A stretch of DNA of 37,618 nucleotides from Oculatellaceae cyanobacterium bins.114 (GCA_033764315.1 JANRJA010000237.1:1-37618), one strand, 5' to 3'. Counted from the stretch's first letter, positions 9,533-18,964 are shown. The notes: generated from the letters alone by a model not told the origin. Numbers and translations are program-made.

Positions 9533-11202
9533 GTTCCAAACCTCTGATGCCGTAAGGCGTTGAGCACTGGAACAAGTTATCAATAGCATCAAAGATTATT
9601 TAGACGAGTGTTCCAAACCTCTGATGCCGTAAGGCGTTGAGCACTATTTAGGATTTAATTAATAATGTCAAAAACTACGTTCCAAACCTCTGATGCCGTA
9701 AGGCGTTGAGCACTGTTTAGCGATCTTGCACCGTTCCTGATTTTTGACGTTCCAAACCTCTGATGCCGTAAGGCGTTGAGCACAGTTACCTTTCCATGTC
9801 AAATTGAATTGCTCTAGCAGTTCCAAACCTCTGATGCCGTAAGGCGTTGAGCACATTTACTCCAGATAAGTGGTTCCAACATCGAAGAAAAAGGTTCCAA
9901 ACCTCTGATGCCGTAAGGCGTTGAGCACAGAATAGGTTGAGCGACAAACAGTTGCAAGACCTGGTTCCAAACCTCTGATGCCGTAAGGCGTTGAGCACAA
10001 GTGATTTTTCTACTCCGTCACTGACACTTCCATGTTCCAAACCTCTGATGCCGTAAGGCGTTGAGCACCGGTTGAGTGGCAAGTTGTCGAATATGCCGAT
10101 TGCGTTCCAAACCTCTGATGCCGTAAGGCGTTGAGCACGTCGTCTTTTAGGCATTGCAAGCAACCTGTAAGGCGTTCCAAACCTCTGATGCCGTAAGGCG
10201 TTGAGCACGGGTACAAGTGTCTCAAGCCAAAACCATGCTGCATGTTCCAAACCTCTGATGCCGTAAGGCGTTGAGCACTACCGCACAGGGATGAGCTAAA
10301 TAAACCGATGCATGTTCCAAACCTCTGATGCCGTAAGGCGTTGAGCACGTGCGTCGTCCTGTGCATCTCACTGAATCACGGAGGTTCCAAACCTCTGATG
10401 CCGTAGGGCGTTGAGCACTAAGTAATTAATTGGTTTTCGTACGTTTCAGGAGTCGCTCCAAACCTCTGATGCCGTAAGGCGTTGAGCACACGCACACCAC
10501 CGGGGTTCTGTCCTTGTGACGTACGTTCCAAACCTCTGATGCCGTAAGGCGTTGAGCACGAGAGAGTGAATATGGAGAAACGGTTTACTTCCGGTGCAAT
10601 CAAGTTCCAAACCTCTGATGCCGTAAGGCGTTGAGCACCGGTTTCTGAAGTTGTTCATGGGTGGGCTTATCTCGTTCCAAACCTCTGATGCCGTAAGGCG
10701 TTGAGCACAGGGCACTGCTGGCAAGATACGCTTGTAGCCCTGAAGGTTCCAAACCTCTGATGCCGTAAGGCGTTGAGCACGGGATTGCTCAAATATTACT
10801 GGCTTCCCTATCAAAAGTTCCAAACCTCTGATGCCGTAAGGCGTTGAGCACATTGAAGTGCCTGATGAGTATGTATCTCAGGTTAAGGTTCCAAACCTCT
10901 GATGCCGTAAGGCGTTGAGCACTGGCTGCTGGATAGGAGCAGGGGCGATCGTATTACCGTTCCAAACCTCTGATGCCGTAAGGCGTTGAGCACGAGCGAA
11001 TTCCTCCATTAGTTTCATCATCTCGTCGGTTCCAAACCTCTGATGCCGTAAGGCGTTGAGCACTATGAATCAATCATTTCTCACTCTGGGCAACGAGCGT
11101 TCCAAACCTCTGATGCCGTAAGGCGTTGAGCACATAGTTCTGGGGATCTTGAGAAGATCGTTTACTTGTTCCAAACCTCTGATGCCACAAGACCTTGAGA
11201 AC
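9533..11202 (+). CRISPR. CRISPR array: 24 repeats (35 nt, GTTCCAAACCTCTGATGCCGTAAGGCGTTGAGCAC), 23 spacers of 34-44 nt
   Basis: Counted directly. Repeats 13 (10384) and 14 (10455) each carry one substitution; terminal repeat 11168-11202 is degenerate (GCCACAAGACCTTGAGAAC). Confidence 0.99.
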
Positions 11203-11281
11203 TTAAACAATGTTTGATTCTTCCCCAGAACCAAAGTTTTTCAACCTCACAAAAGTGCAAAGTATCAATCACCACTTTCAA

Positions 11282-11313
11282 CAGAAAACCCGGCACAAGC
11301 TACCGGGTTTCTG
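11282..11313. terminator. Hairpin, probable bidirectional terminator between the array and the convergent ORF
   Basis: cagaaaacccgg-cacaagcta-ccgggtttctg. Confidence 0.6.
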
Positions 11314-11345
11314 CTCTAGAGAGGTTTTATGACTGCTGATTCAGA

Positions 11346-11618
11346 CTACTCGAACAAAGTAATCCGTTTAGTCAAGATCCTCATCACCTCTCCTGGGTTA
11401 ATCGTTGGAATCTGCCGAGACCATTCCTCTGGTCTGGCATACCCCAATTGAAACAGGCTCATGACAAACGAGTTGACGATTTGAGGACTGCCGATCGCTA
11501 ACACTCTCAAAATTTCAGGAGACGGGCGATCGCGCAAGTCGATTAAGGGCTGATCTTCTGGCCCTAACGGAAAAACAGTCGAATCTGGCAAAGTGGGTGG
11601 TTTTGTTTCTGTCATCAT
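11346..11618 (-). CDS. Hypothetical protein (90 aa)
   Basis: Clean ORF with GGAG upstream; IGSP...LFQLGYA...EWS...GEVMRILTK resembles a recalled small cyanobacterial family. Confidence 0.7.
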   Translation of the reverse strand: MMTETKPPTLPDSTVFPLGPEDQPLIDLRDRPSPEILRVLAIGSPQIVNSFVMSLFQLGYARPEEWSRQIPTINPGEVMRILTKRITLFE

Positions 11619-11748
11619 AGGTTTAACTCCATTGGTGAGTTGCCCAATCCTTGTAGTTTTCCAGGCTCTAGGATTGGGCTATTGACCGCCTGTATATTCT
11701 CATTTTTTAGACATAGCGGCAATGTGAGAATACTGGCAAAATTGCCCC

Positions 11749-11961
11749 ATGGGAGCTAAGAACCGCATCATAGAGCTGTTAGAACAGCGAAGCATTACTC
11801 GATATCGTTTCTGGCAAGATACTGGGCTGAGCCGAGCAACTGCCTACAGGTTGTGTGATGACTCAAGCTATATCCCAACTGGCGGGGTGATTGAGAAGAT
11901 TTGCCGTGCTTACGGATGGCAACCAGGGGATTTTATTGTGTACGAACCTGATCCAGAGTAG
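11749..11961 (+). CDS. Cro/C1-type HTH transcriptional regulator
   Basis: 70 aa; ITRYRFWQDTGLSRATAYRL...IEKICRAY..QPGDFI. Confidence 0.85.
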   Translation: MGAKNRIIELLEQRSITRYRFWQDTGLSRATAYRLCDDSSYIPTGGVIEKICRAYGWQPGDFIVYEPDPE

Positions 11962-12102
11962 CGAAGGGTGTTCTTAGACCAATGGCACTGCACAGTATTT
12001 GAGCTTTTATAACACAAATACATTTTTAGTACAATAGTACTTAAGAAATTAATGATTGTAAGACCAAATCTTAAATTTTTATAAAATTGAAGAAAACTGA
12101 AG

Positions 12103-12126
12103 ATTGAGATCCAAATTGAGATCCAA
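12103..12126 (+). repeat. Tandem 12-bp direct repeat (attgagatccaa x2), candidate integrase arm sites
   Basis: Exact duplication about 60 bp before the tRNA fragment; the function is inferred. Confidence 0.5.
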
Positions 12127-12186
12127 CCTATCTTCGATATTCACCTAAACCTTGTAAGTCTTGTAGGAAAAGGGATACAGAAATAG

Positions 12187-12238
12187 GAGCAGCTGACTTG
12201 TAATCAGCAGGTCGCAAGTTCGAACCTTGTCACCAGCT
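12187..12238 (+). other. 3' fragment of tRNA-Thr(UGU), probable att site of an integrated island
   Basis: Anticodon arm gctga-cttgtaa-tcagc (TGT at 12199-12201), T arm gcaag-ttcgaac-cttgt and 3' acceptor caccagc-t are present. The 5' acceptor strand GCTGGTG is absent upstream. Confidence 0.85.
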
Positions 12239-12262
12239 TCTTGTTTTTAAGCATCGTGCTTT

Positions 12263-12300
12263 ATTGCCGAGGGTTATAGCCCTTGGCAATTCTAGTTTTT
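12263..12300 (+). terminator. Terminator-like hairpin after the tRNA fragment
   Basis: attgccgaggg-ttatag-cccttggcaat followed by a T-rich tract. Confidence 0.6.
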
Positions 12301-12462
12301 GGGCAAGATTTAAAATTTACTTGGGTATTTGTAGGAACTGATCAGATTAATGGTGGTCGCGATCGCCTGAACATTTCTCCCATAAAAGTAAATTTTCTTG
12401 CCTCTCGTCTAGATGCGCTCTGAATTGTGCCGAATCCTATGCCGCTAAATACCATGCCAAAG

Positions 12463-12480
12463 TCTCTAGTTGACTAGAGA
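12463..12480. promoter_or_regulatory. MerR/CueR-type operator-like palindrome (orphan)
   Basis: Perfect tctctagt-tg-actagaga, the same motif as in the promoters at 18837 and 18938. Confidence 0.55.
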
Positions 12481-12573
12481 GCTAGGTGAGCTATATGCAG
12501 GGGGGAGAACAACATGAATCTTAACGCTTAAGAGAAAAAGAAATGGTAGTCTAAGGATTGCAAATACAGTGAA

Positions 12574-12690
12574 TTCGGTTCTAATGGGGGTCAGCCATTA
12601 GAAGAAATGGGGAAAATTTGGTGTAAGCCCAATGCTGTCCCGCAACTGTGATGAGTCTGTGTGACTCTTAGCCAGGATGCCCACCGAAAT
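12574..12690 (+). ncRNA. Cobalamin riboswitch
   Basis: ggttct...ggggaa...ggtgtaagccc...gctgtcccgcaactgtga...agccaggatgcccacc pattern with closing ttcggt/accgaa. A downstream tctg-cgaggta-caga hairpin covers the cbtB RBS. Confidence 0.88.
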
Positions 12691-12727
12691 CTCTACGGCA
12701 TATCAAGCAATCTGCGAGGTACAGAGC

Positions 12728-12913
12728 ATGGTTAGTGGGTCTTTAATTTGGAAACGGACACAACAAGTTACGCTGTCTCTGCCAATGCAAGCTAGTTTGC
12801 TCACTGGCTTGTGCATGTTGAGCCTCTGGACTTTTTACTTCTCGACTTACCCCCCTGCACACGACGCAGTTCACACGACTCGTCACAACACGTTGGCTGT
12901 AGCGTGTCACTAA
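12728..12913 (+). CDS. cbtB: CbtB-domain cobalt transporter subunit
   Basis: 61 aa, one TM segment and C-terminal HDAVHTTRH...ACH; downstream of a B12 riboswitch; start moved to ATG 12728. Confidence 0.85.
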   Translation: MVSGSLIWKRTQQVTLSLPMQASLLTGLCMLSLWTFYFSTYPPAHDAVHTTRHNTLAVACH

Positions 12914-12946
12914 GTCACTGTAGAAGAGCGATCAGAGTAAGTTTTT

Positions 12947-14116
12947 GTGAAATTAACTAAATACGTTGGTCTTTTTCTGGTAGCGAGTGTTGCTAGTTTA
13001 TCGGTTTGGCTATGGAACTCACTGCCCGCCGCATCTCAAGCCACAGTGCAGTTGCAGACCAATCCACCCATTGATCAGGTGATTCCGGCGACAGAGCCTG
13101 TGCAATTAACCTTGCAAGCGATTGATAGCCATCAACAGCCCCTAGCCGATGCCAACTTTCAAGTGCAGTTGTTGACTCCTGCCAAAACTCCCTGGTTTAC
13201 GTCAGACTTTCCAATTGTGGAGGGAACCACGTTACTGGAGATAAATGCGATCGCCCCTTCAGGATCATTCCAGTTTGAGCAAACACTGCCCATTCGAGGC
13301 ACCTATCACCTAGAGGTGAATGTCTCGCCTCAAACACCTGGCAGTTTTGAGCCGTTTGATCAGGTGATCTCGTTTTCTGTGCCAGAAAATCCAGTGAAGT
13401 ATCGCAACGTCGCCATTTTAGCCGTGATTTTGCTGTTAGCAGGCGCAGGCAGTGGTTGGGTGTTAGGTGCTGATCAAATCCTTGAAGAGGGCGAGATTGC
13501 CCCCAGACCCGTGAGGATGTTGCTGAGTGCTGCGATCGTGCTAGCGATCGCTGTCTTGTTGGTGATCAACATTAGTTCTGAGATCACTGAGGGTCATGGC
13601 AGCCATAGTCATGAACATGAGCAGGCAATTACTTCCTCTGCTCCTGCCACACAAACCTCTCAAGACATTCAAGTGACGCTTTCTGGAGACACGCTAGCAA
13701 CGGTGGGGCAAACGGCAACCCAGACGGTGCAAATTGTCGATGCAACCACTCAAAAAGCGGTGCCAGACGTTGTAGTCAATGTGCAAGTCAACTCTCTAGA
13801 GCATAACGAGCGCATCTTTAGCCTTGAGGGATTGCCTAACACATCTGGAGAACTCATATGGCAACAGCAATTTTTTGATGGTGCTCCTCATCAGGTGATA
13901 GCCACGATCGCACCGACTGGTAGCAGTTCACGCCAATTTTTACCGATTCAAGTGTCTCATGAAGTCAGTGTTGAGGCGATCGCTCCCCCCTTATATATCC
14001 GTTTTATTACACTGATTTATTTCACGGCTATCTTTGTGGTGAGTTTAGGGATTGGTTTCATCATTCAACGAAAAACAGGTCACTCTAAGTGGCGTGTTGG
14101 TGATCGAGTTGGGTAA
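12947..14116 (+). CDS. Uncharacterised membrane protein with His-rich segment
   Basis: Signal or TM segment, two soluble beta-rich-looking regions, three further TM segments, and HGSHSHEHE. Confidence 0.75.
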   Translation: MKLTKYVGLFLVASVASLSVWLWNSLPAASQATVQLQTNPPIDQVIPATEPVQLTLQAIDSHQQPLADANFQVQLLTPAKTPWFTSDFPIVEGTTLLEINAIAPSGSFQFEQTLPIRGTYHLEVNVSPQTPGSFEPFDQVISFSVPENPVKYRNVAILAVILLLAGAGSGWVLGADQILEEGEIAPRPVRMLLSAAIVLAIAVLLVINISSEITEGHGSHSHEHEQAITSSAPATQTSQDIQVTLSGDTLATVGQTATQTVQIVDATTQKAVPDVVVNVQVNSLEHNERIFSLEGLPNTSGELIWQQQFFDGAPHQVIATIAPTGSSSRQFLPIQVSHEVSVEAIAPPLYIRFITLIYFTAIFVVSLGIGFIIQRKTGHSKWRVGDRVG

Positions 14117-14313
14117 GGGCGATCGCCACGATCAACATCACCACGATCAACAATGTAATGGCAAAGACTCTGGCAATGGCTCTGGCTCCGTAGCCAACTT
14201 TCTCAGATCAGGTGATTTGAGCATCCCTTGCCTTAATTGGGCATTAGCAGCCGAGCTGATCGCCAAAAAGTTGCCTGCCGAACCCGCTCCGATCATGGCT
14301 AAAAAATATCCAT
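14110..14313 (-). pseudogene. DMT (YdcZ/DUF606-like) transporter remnant
   Basis: Frameshifted MDIF/LAMIGAGSAGNFLAISSAANAQLRQGMLKSP; internally truncated; boundaries approximate. Confidence 0.5.
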
Positions 14314-14328
14314 GATCATCTGCCTCTA

Positions 14329-14910
14329 TTACCGTCCATTGGGAGCGTAAAAATTTAAACGGCTGTAACCCAAAAACAAACCAGGACTGTCTTCACCAAC
14401 AGGATAGGCCGTAACCCCCAAAGAGTAGATCCCATCTTGGGATGGATTGCGCTCAGGTTTGAGATAGAGTGTAACTGTTTGTCCGGGTTGTACTGGTTGC
14501 TCCAAAACGACCATCACTTCCCCTGGTTCTGGCTCCGTTCCACCCAGATTCATCTGAGAAATCTCGGTTCTAGGATTCATTGCAAAAATGCGAGTTTCGT
14601 TAGGTTGAAAGGCGATCGCTTCTTGGTCTGCTCGTTGCGTAATTCTAATGGCTTGCAAGGGTGCTCCTGCATCTTCAGGAACAGAAATCACCAATCGATA
14701 GGTATCACCCGATTGATTAACTTGAGCGGAGTTAGACACGACCCGAACAACACGGGGAGCACGATCAAACACTTGTTGTCCATTACTTAGTTGAGCTGCG
14801 ATCGCAGGAAAAGATAGCAGTAAAAACGAGCCTGAAATGAGAGTTTTGAGTAACAGATGAGAGAGATTAGAAAATTGAGTCATTATTGATTTCAGTTGAA
14901 AATGCATCAT
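14329..14910 (-). CDS. DUF2808-like secreted protein
   Basis: Signal peptide; FDRAP, VPEDAGAPL, PVQPGQTVT, NP..DGIY..GVTAYP and FLGY motifs. Confidence 0.75.
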   Translation of the reverse strand: MMHFQLKSIMTQFSNLSHLLLKTLISGSFLLLSFPAIAAQLSNGQQVFDRAPRVVRVVSNSAQVNQSGDTYRLVISVPEDAGAPLQAIRITQRADQEAIAFQPNETRIFAMNPRTEISQMNLGGTEPEPGEVMVVLEQPVQPGQTVTLYLKPERNPSQDGIYSLGVTAYPVGEDSPGLFLGYSRLNFYAPNGR

Positions 14911-14972
14911 TTTTGATTTCTCCTGGAGAGAGTGAATTGTGTTTGAAAGAAAAATGGGCAGAGGCTAATCAC

Positions 14973-15530
14973 CTATTGAGAGAGCAAAAAAATTGCAACC
15001 CTTACCAACCCAATTGCAACGCGACGATAGCAAGTGAGGCAATGTTGAGGCAGTGTTGAAGCAGTCCTAACCAACCAACATGATCGGTAACAACTCCGGC
15101 GATCGCCTGTCCAAAAACAATAAAGCCTAAAGTCAGTGTGGCTCCTAATACCAATTTGATTGGAAAACACCCCTCCCAACCTCCCCTTGGCAAGGGGAGG
15201 TGCCGTAGGTGGTGGGGTCAAGTGCAAGGTTCACTGTTTAAATTGGTATAAATGGAGATGAAATAGGCACTAAAGGCGATATACCAGGTACCGATACACT
15301 CCCCTGTCAAACTCCAGCGAGGTTTAGGGTAAGACAAGCCAATCAGGATGATCGAATTGGTGGGCGAGTAAGAAGGCAACTAGCACCACTAACCCAACGA
15401 GATAGGAAATATTTGCCGCGAGAGATACAGAGTTTAGCGATCGCGCCAACTGCTCATTCAGGCTGGCTTGAATAGGTAACGCACTCCTTAATAGTGACAA
15501 CAGCAGATAGAGACAAAGTTGATATGACAT
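14973..15530 (-). pseudogene. DMT (YdcZ/DUF606-like) transporter pseudogene interrupted by a MITE
   Basis: Fragments LPIQASLNEQLARSL, PRWSLTG, GTWYIAFSAYFISI and LGATLTLGFIVFGQAIAGVVTDHVGWLG are spread over different frames; about 150 codons once the insert is removed. Confidence 0.75.
15149..15248. mobile_element. 100-bp MITE
   Basis: TIRs taccaattt/aaattggta, flanked by TAA on both sides; internal hairpin cctcccctt-ggc-aaggggagg. Confidence 0.75.
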
Positions 15531-15701
15531 TCGATAGCACTTATCCAATCTTGGAATAATGTCACCCAAAGCTTCTCCAACTCCAGCTAGATATTTCGGC
15601 TTTTGCAGATAAAGGGGCAAGGTGCTGCGAATTGCCCAAACATCCACTCATCGCAACCAGACATGAGTTGATAGATCCCCTGCTTAACGTGGAATTCGGG
15701 A

Positions 15702-16235
15702 TCAGAATTCTTGTACCTCAACAACACCTCGAAACATATTCATACCGCAGGTAAATTCATATCTACCGGGTTTATCGGGTGTGAACTCGATCGCCGTGAC
15801 TTGATTGAGCGGCAGTTCTTTAGCAATGCGAAAATTAGGAAACCGCACTTCTTCAAGGCAACTGCTGGGGTCTTTGCGATCGAAGTTTAGGCGCACAGGT
15901 TGACCTGCTTGCACGACGATCTGACTCGGTTCGTAGCCCCCATCAACAGTCACGGTAATTTCCTGAATGCCTGCCTGGGTCGTGGCTTTGCGCGATTTGG
16001 GTTTGCTGAGTAAAAACCACCACAGTTCTAAGCCAATTAATCCTAAACCGCCTGTGGTCACGACTCCTTTGACCCACAGGGGTTGTTCAATCCGATGGAA
16101 TTCTCCAGTTTGCTCACTCGTTTGTTCGATGGGTTGCATTCCGTCATGAGGCGGTTGAGTCGCTGTTTCAGCCGAAACGGTTCCCAATATTATTGCTATC
16201 ACTGCAATGCCGCCAACAAATAATAATTTCATCAT
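15702..16235 (-). CDS. Cupredoxin-domain membrane protein
   Basis: VTVDGGYEPS, DPSSCLEEV and EFTCGMNMFRG motifs. Confidence 0.9.
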   Translation of the reverse strand: MMKLLFVGGIAVIAIILGTVSAETATQPPHDGMQPIEQTSEQTGEFHRIEQPLWVKGVVTTGGLGLIGLELWWFLLSKPKSRKATTQAGIQEITVTVDGGYEPSQIVVQAGQPVRLNFDRKDPSSCLEEVRFPNFRIAKELPLNQVTAIEFTPDKPGRYEFTCGMNMFRGVVEVQEF

Positions 16236-16314
16236 CTAAACACCTCCTATATTGCTGCTGCAATAGCTCCTGAAATTTCTTGATGGACAAGCGTAGTCGA
16301 GCCGCATTACCCCA

Positions 16315-18591
16315 TCAGCGATTTTCGGCTGGCTTAAAGTTCCGTAGACGGAGTGCATTTGTCACAACCGAAACTGAGCTAAATGCCATCGCTGCCCCCG
16401 CAATAATTGGGCTGAGCAACCAACCAAAGATCGGATAGAGAATTCCAGCGGCGATCGGGATTCCGGCAACGTTATAGATAAACGCAAAGAACAAGTTTTG
16501 CCGGATATTACGAATGGTGGCGCGGCTCAGTTGAATAGCGGTCACGATGCCTTGCAGATCTCCGGAGATCAGGGTGATGTCACTGGCAGCGATCGCCACA
16601 TCAGTTCCTGTTCCGATCGCAATTCCTACATCGGCTTGAGCCAGGGCAGGGGCATCATTAATGCCATCACCGACCATTGCCACGACTTTACCTTCAGCTT
16701 GCATGCTCGAAATGATTGCGGCCTTTTGATCAGGTCGAATTTCGGCAAAGACGCGTTGAATCCCCACTTCACGAGCAATCACGTTAGCCGTGCGTTGATT
16801 ATCGCCTGTCAGCATAACCACTTCTAAGCCCATCTTTTGTAAAGCGCGAATAGCATTCACAGAAGATGGCTTGACCGCATCAGCAATACCCATAATGGCT
16901 TCTATGTGACCATCAACTGCAATCCAGATGACGGTTTTGCCGAGATACTCCAATCGATCCCACTGGTGTTGTAGCGGGCTAGTACTCACGCCCAACTCGT
17001 TCATCCAACGGTGAGTGCCAATCTGAACCAGACGATCAGAGACATAGCCTTGTACGCCACTACCTGCGATCGCCTCAAAGTTTTGGGTATTGAGTAAGGG
17101 GCGATCGCTGTATGCCCCCACAGACTGAGATTGAGCATATTGCACCACCGCTGCCGCTAAGGGGTGCTCTGAGTTCCGTTCGATCGAAGCGGCTAACTGC
17201 AACAGTTTGATTTCATTACTGTTAACGGTTCCGTTCACCGTCACATAATCTGTCACCGTGGGTTTGCCCTGAGTAATCGTGCCTGTTTTATCGAGAACGA
17301 TCGCTTGCAGTTTGTGGGCAAGTTCTAAACTATCTGCCCCTTTGATCAAGATGCCGTTTTCTGCGCCTTTTCCAGTGCCCACCATGATAGAGGTCGGAGT
17401 TGCCAAACCCAACGCACAGGGACAGGCAATAATCAACACGCCAACCGCCGTGATCAACGCCATTGTGACGTTACCCATGATGTTAAACCAGAAGATAAAG
17501 GTGAGAATGGCGATCGCCATTACCGCTGGCACAAACCATCCAGTCACGCGATCGGCAAGGCGTTGAATGGGTGCTTTCGAGCCTTGAGCTTGTTGCACCA
17601 GTTTAACGATCTGAGCCAAGACGGTATCTTTGCCAACTCGGGTTGCCCGAAACTTAAAGCTGCCTGTTTTGTTAATCGTTGCACCAATCACTTCATCGCC
17701 CGGTTGCTTTTTAACAGGGACACTTTCCCCCGTCACCATTGCCTCATCGATCGTGGAAGACCCCTCCACAATTTCACCATCCACCGAAATCTTTTCACCC
17801 GGACGAACAAGAACAATATCTCCGAGAACGACTTCGGCGATTGGGATGTCAACTTCGCGATGATTGCGAATGACTCGCGCCGTTTTTGCCTGCAATCCGA
17901 TTAACTTGCGAATCGCATCTGAAGTTTGTCCCTTGGCTCGGTTTTCTAACAACCGCCCCAGTAAGAGCAGGGCAATGATAACGGTTGCGGCTTCAAAATA
18001 GACATCGGGGTTCAGCCCTTGAGCCGTAAACCAACCAGGCACAAAGGTTGGAAACAGGGAATAGAGATAGGCGATACCAGTCCCAACGGCAACCAGCGTA
18101 TCCATTGTGGCGGTGTGTCGCTTCAACGCTTTCCAAGCATTGATAAAAAATCCACTCCCTGCCCAAAATAACACCGGAGCGGTCAGCACAAGCTGAAACC
18201 AGGGGTTGTGTAACCACATCGGCAAGAAAGGAATCGATAAGCCTGTCATTGCAGGCAAAGAGCCAATGACCAGCACTAAACTGACAATGCCACTGACCCA
18301 CACCTTGCGGGTGAGTTTGCGGTTCTCAGCGTGTCGCTCTTGCCGCTCTACATCATCTTCGGGAGCCAGCACATCGTCTTGCATCGGTAATGCAGCATAG
18401 CCTGCGGCATCGACTGCCGTTTGAATTGCGGCAACATCGGTTTGGTGAGAGTCATAGGTGACGATCGCCTGTTCTGCCCCATAATTGACGCTACACGCCT
18501 CAACCCCAGGAACAGCCCGAATTGCCTCTTCGATGTTGTTAGCACAGGAGGCACAACTCATGCCCCGTAGCTTTAAGGTTGCATTGTCCAT
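16315..18591 (-). CDS. copA: Copper-translocating P1B-type ATPase (CopA/PacS-like)
   Basis: [43 protein letters not shown] and MAFSS motifs. Confidence 0.95.
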   Translation of the reverse strand: MDNATLKLRGMSCASCANNIEEAIRAVPGVEACSVNYGAEQAIVTYDSHQTDVAAIQTAVDAAGYAALPMQDDVLAPEDDVERQERHAENRKLTRKVWVSGIVSLVLVIGSLPAMTGLSIPFLPMWLHNPWFQLVLTAPVLFWAGSGFFINAWKALKRHTATMDTLVAVGTGIAYLYSLFPTFVPGWFTAQGLNPDVYFEAATVIIALLLLGRLLENRAKGQTSDAIRKLIGLQAKTARVIRNHREVDIPIAEVVLGDIVLVRPGEKISVDGEIVEGSSTIDEAMVTGESVPVKKQPGDEVIGATINKTGSFKFRATRVGKDTVLAQIVKLVQQAQGSKAPIQRLADRVTGWFVPAVMAIAILTFIFWFNIMGNVTMALITAVGVLIIACPCALGLATPTSIMVGTGKGAENGILIKGADSLELAHKLQAIVLDKTGTITQGKPTVTDYVTVNGTVNSNEIKLLQLAASIERNSEHPLAAAVVQYAQSQSVGAYSDRPLLNTQNFEAIAGSGVQGYVSDRLVQIGTHRWMNELGVSTSPLQHQWDRLEYLGKTVIWIAVDGHIEAIMGIADAVKPSSVNAIRALQKMGLEVVMLTGDNQRTANVIAREVGIQRVFAEIRPDQKAAIISSMQAEGKVVAMVGDGINDAPALAQADVGIAIGTGTDVAIAASDITLISGDLQGIVTAIQLSRATIRNIRQNLFFAFIYNVAGIPIAAGILYPIFGWLLSPIIAGAAMAFSSVSVVTNALRLRNFKPAENR

Positions 18592-18600
18592 ATAGCCCTC

Positions 18601-18795
18601 CTATGCAATGGTGTAACCCGCATCGGTAATCGCTTGCTTGATGGTCGTCTCGGCGGCTTGGGTGTCAACGTTGACGAGTTTAGTTTTAGGATCAGCCTGA
18701 ACAGTTGCTGCCGGGTCGATCGCCTTGATTGCTTTGGTGATGGTGTCGCTGCAAGCAGAGCAAGCCATATTGGGAACGGTTAGTTGAAGAACCAT
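18601..18795 (-). CDS. copZ: Copper chaperone (CopZ/Atx1-like)
   Basis: 64 aa HMA domain with MACSAC. Confidence 0.9.
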   Translation of the reverse strand: MVLQLTVPNMACSACSDTITKAIKAIDPAATVQADPKTKLVNVDTQAAETTIKQAITDAGYTIA

Positions 18796-18827
18796 GAGCC
18801 AAATCCTCTAAATTTGTGGTTAATCCT

Positions 18828-18859
18828 ATCTTGGAGTCTCTAGTTCACTGGAGAGTCAA
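18828..18859 (-). promoter_or_regulatory. MerR-type promoter of copZ-copA
   Basis: TTGACT-N20-CAAGAT with the dyad tctctagt-tc-actggaga in the long spacer. Confidence 0.75.
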
Positions 18860-18932
18860 GGGGGTAAAGCAACTATTTTTGGCTATCCCGATTCAACATT
18901 AACTTCAGGTTGCGATCGCCCCACCGTTGCCC

Positions 18933-18964
18933 TTGACTCTCTAGCTGAGTGGAGAGTTTAAGAT
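18933..18964 (+). promoter_or_regulatory. MerR-type promoter of the DUF305 gene
   Basis: TTGACT-N20-TAAGAT with the dyad ctctctagctgagtggagag. Confidence 0.8.

Noticed and set aside
10167..10176. Spacer 9 end plus the next repeat start recreates gtaaggcgtt from the repeat
   Set aside because: Only 7 nt come from the spacer and its length is normal; chance is plausible.
9339..11063. Minus-strand ORFs over the array (CSTPYGIRGLE / LNALRHQRFG / AQRLTASEVW repeats)
   Set aside because: They are translations of the CRISPR repeat.
9568..11167. Full-length self-targeting spacers within the window
   Set aside because: None seen by eye apart from the partial spacer 23 complement; this is not exhaustive and needs a BLAST search.
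12187..12238. Functional tRNA-Thr gene
   Set aside because: The 5' acceptor strand and the first half of the D arm are missing.
121..12240. CRISPR-associated transposon (type I-B CAST)
   Set aside because: No tnsA/B/C or tniQ in the window; cas3, cas1, cas2 and a long array are present; the boundary looks integrase-type.
12677..12727. Longer start for cbtB
   Set aside because: It lies within the riboswitch; the RBS fits ATG 12728.
14052..14315. 87-aa His-containing plus-strand ORF
   Set aside because: It is the antisense reading of the DMT remnant and overlaps the upstream gene.
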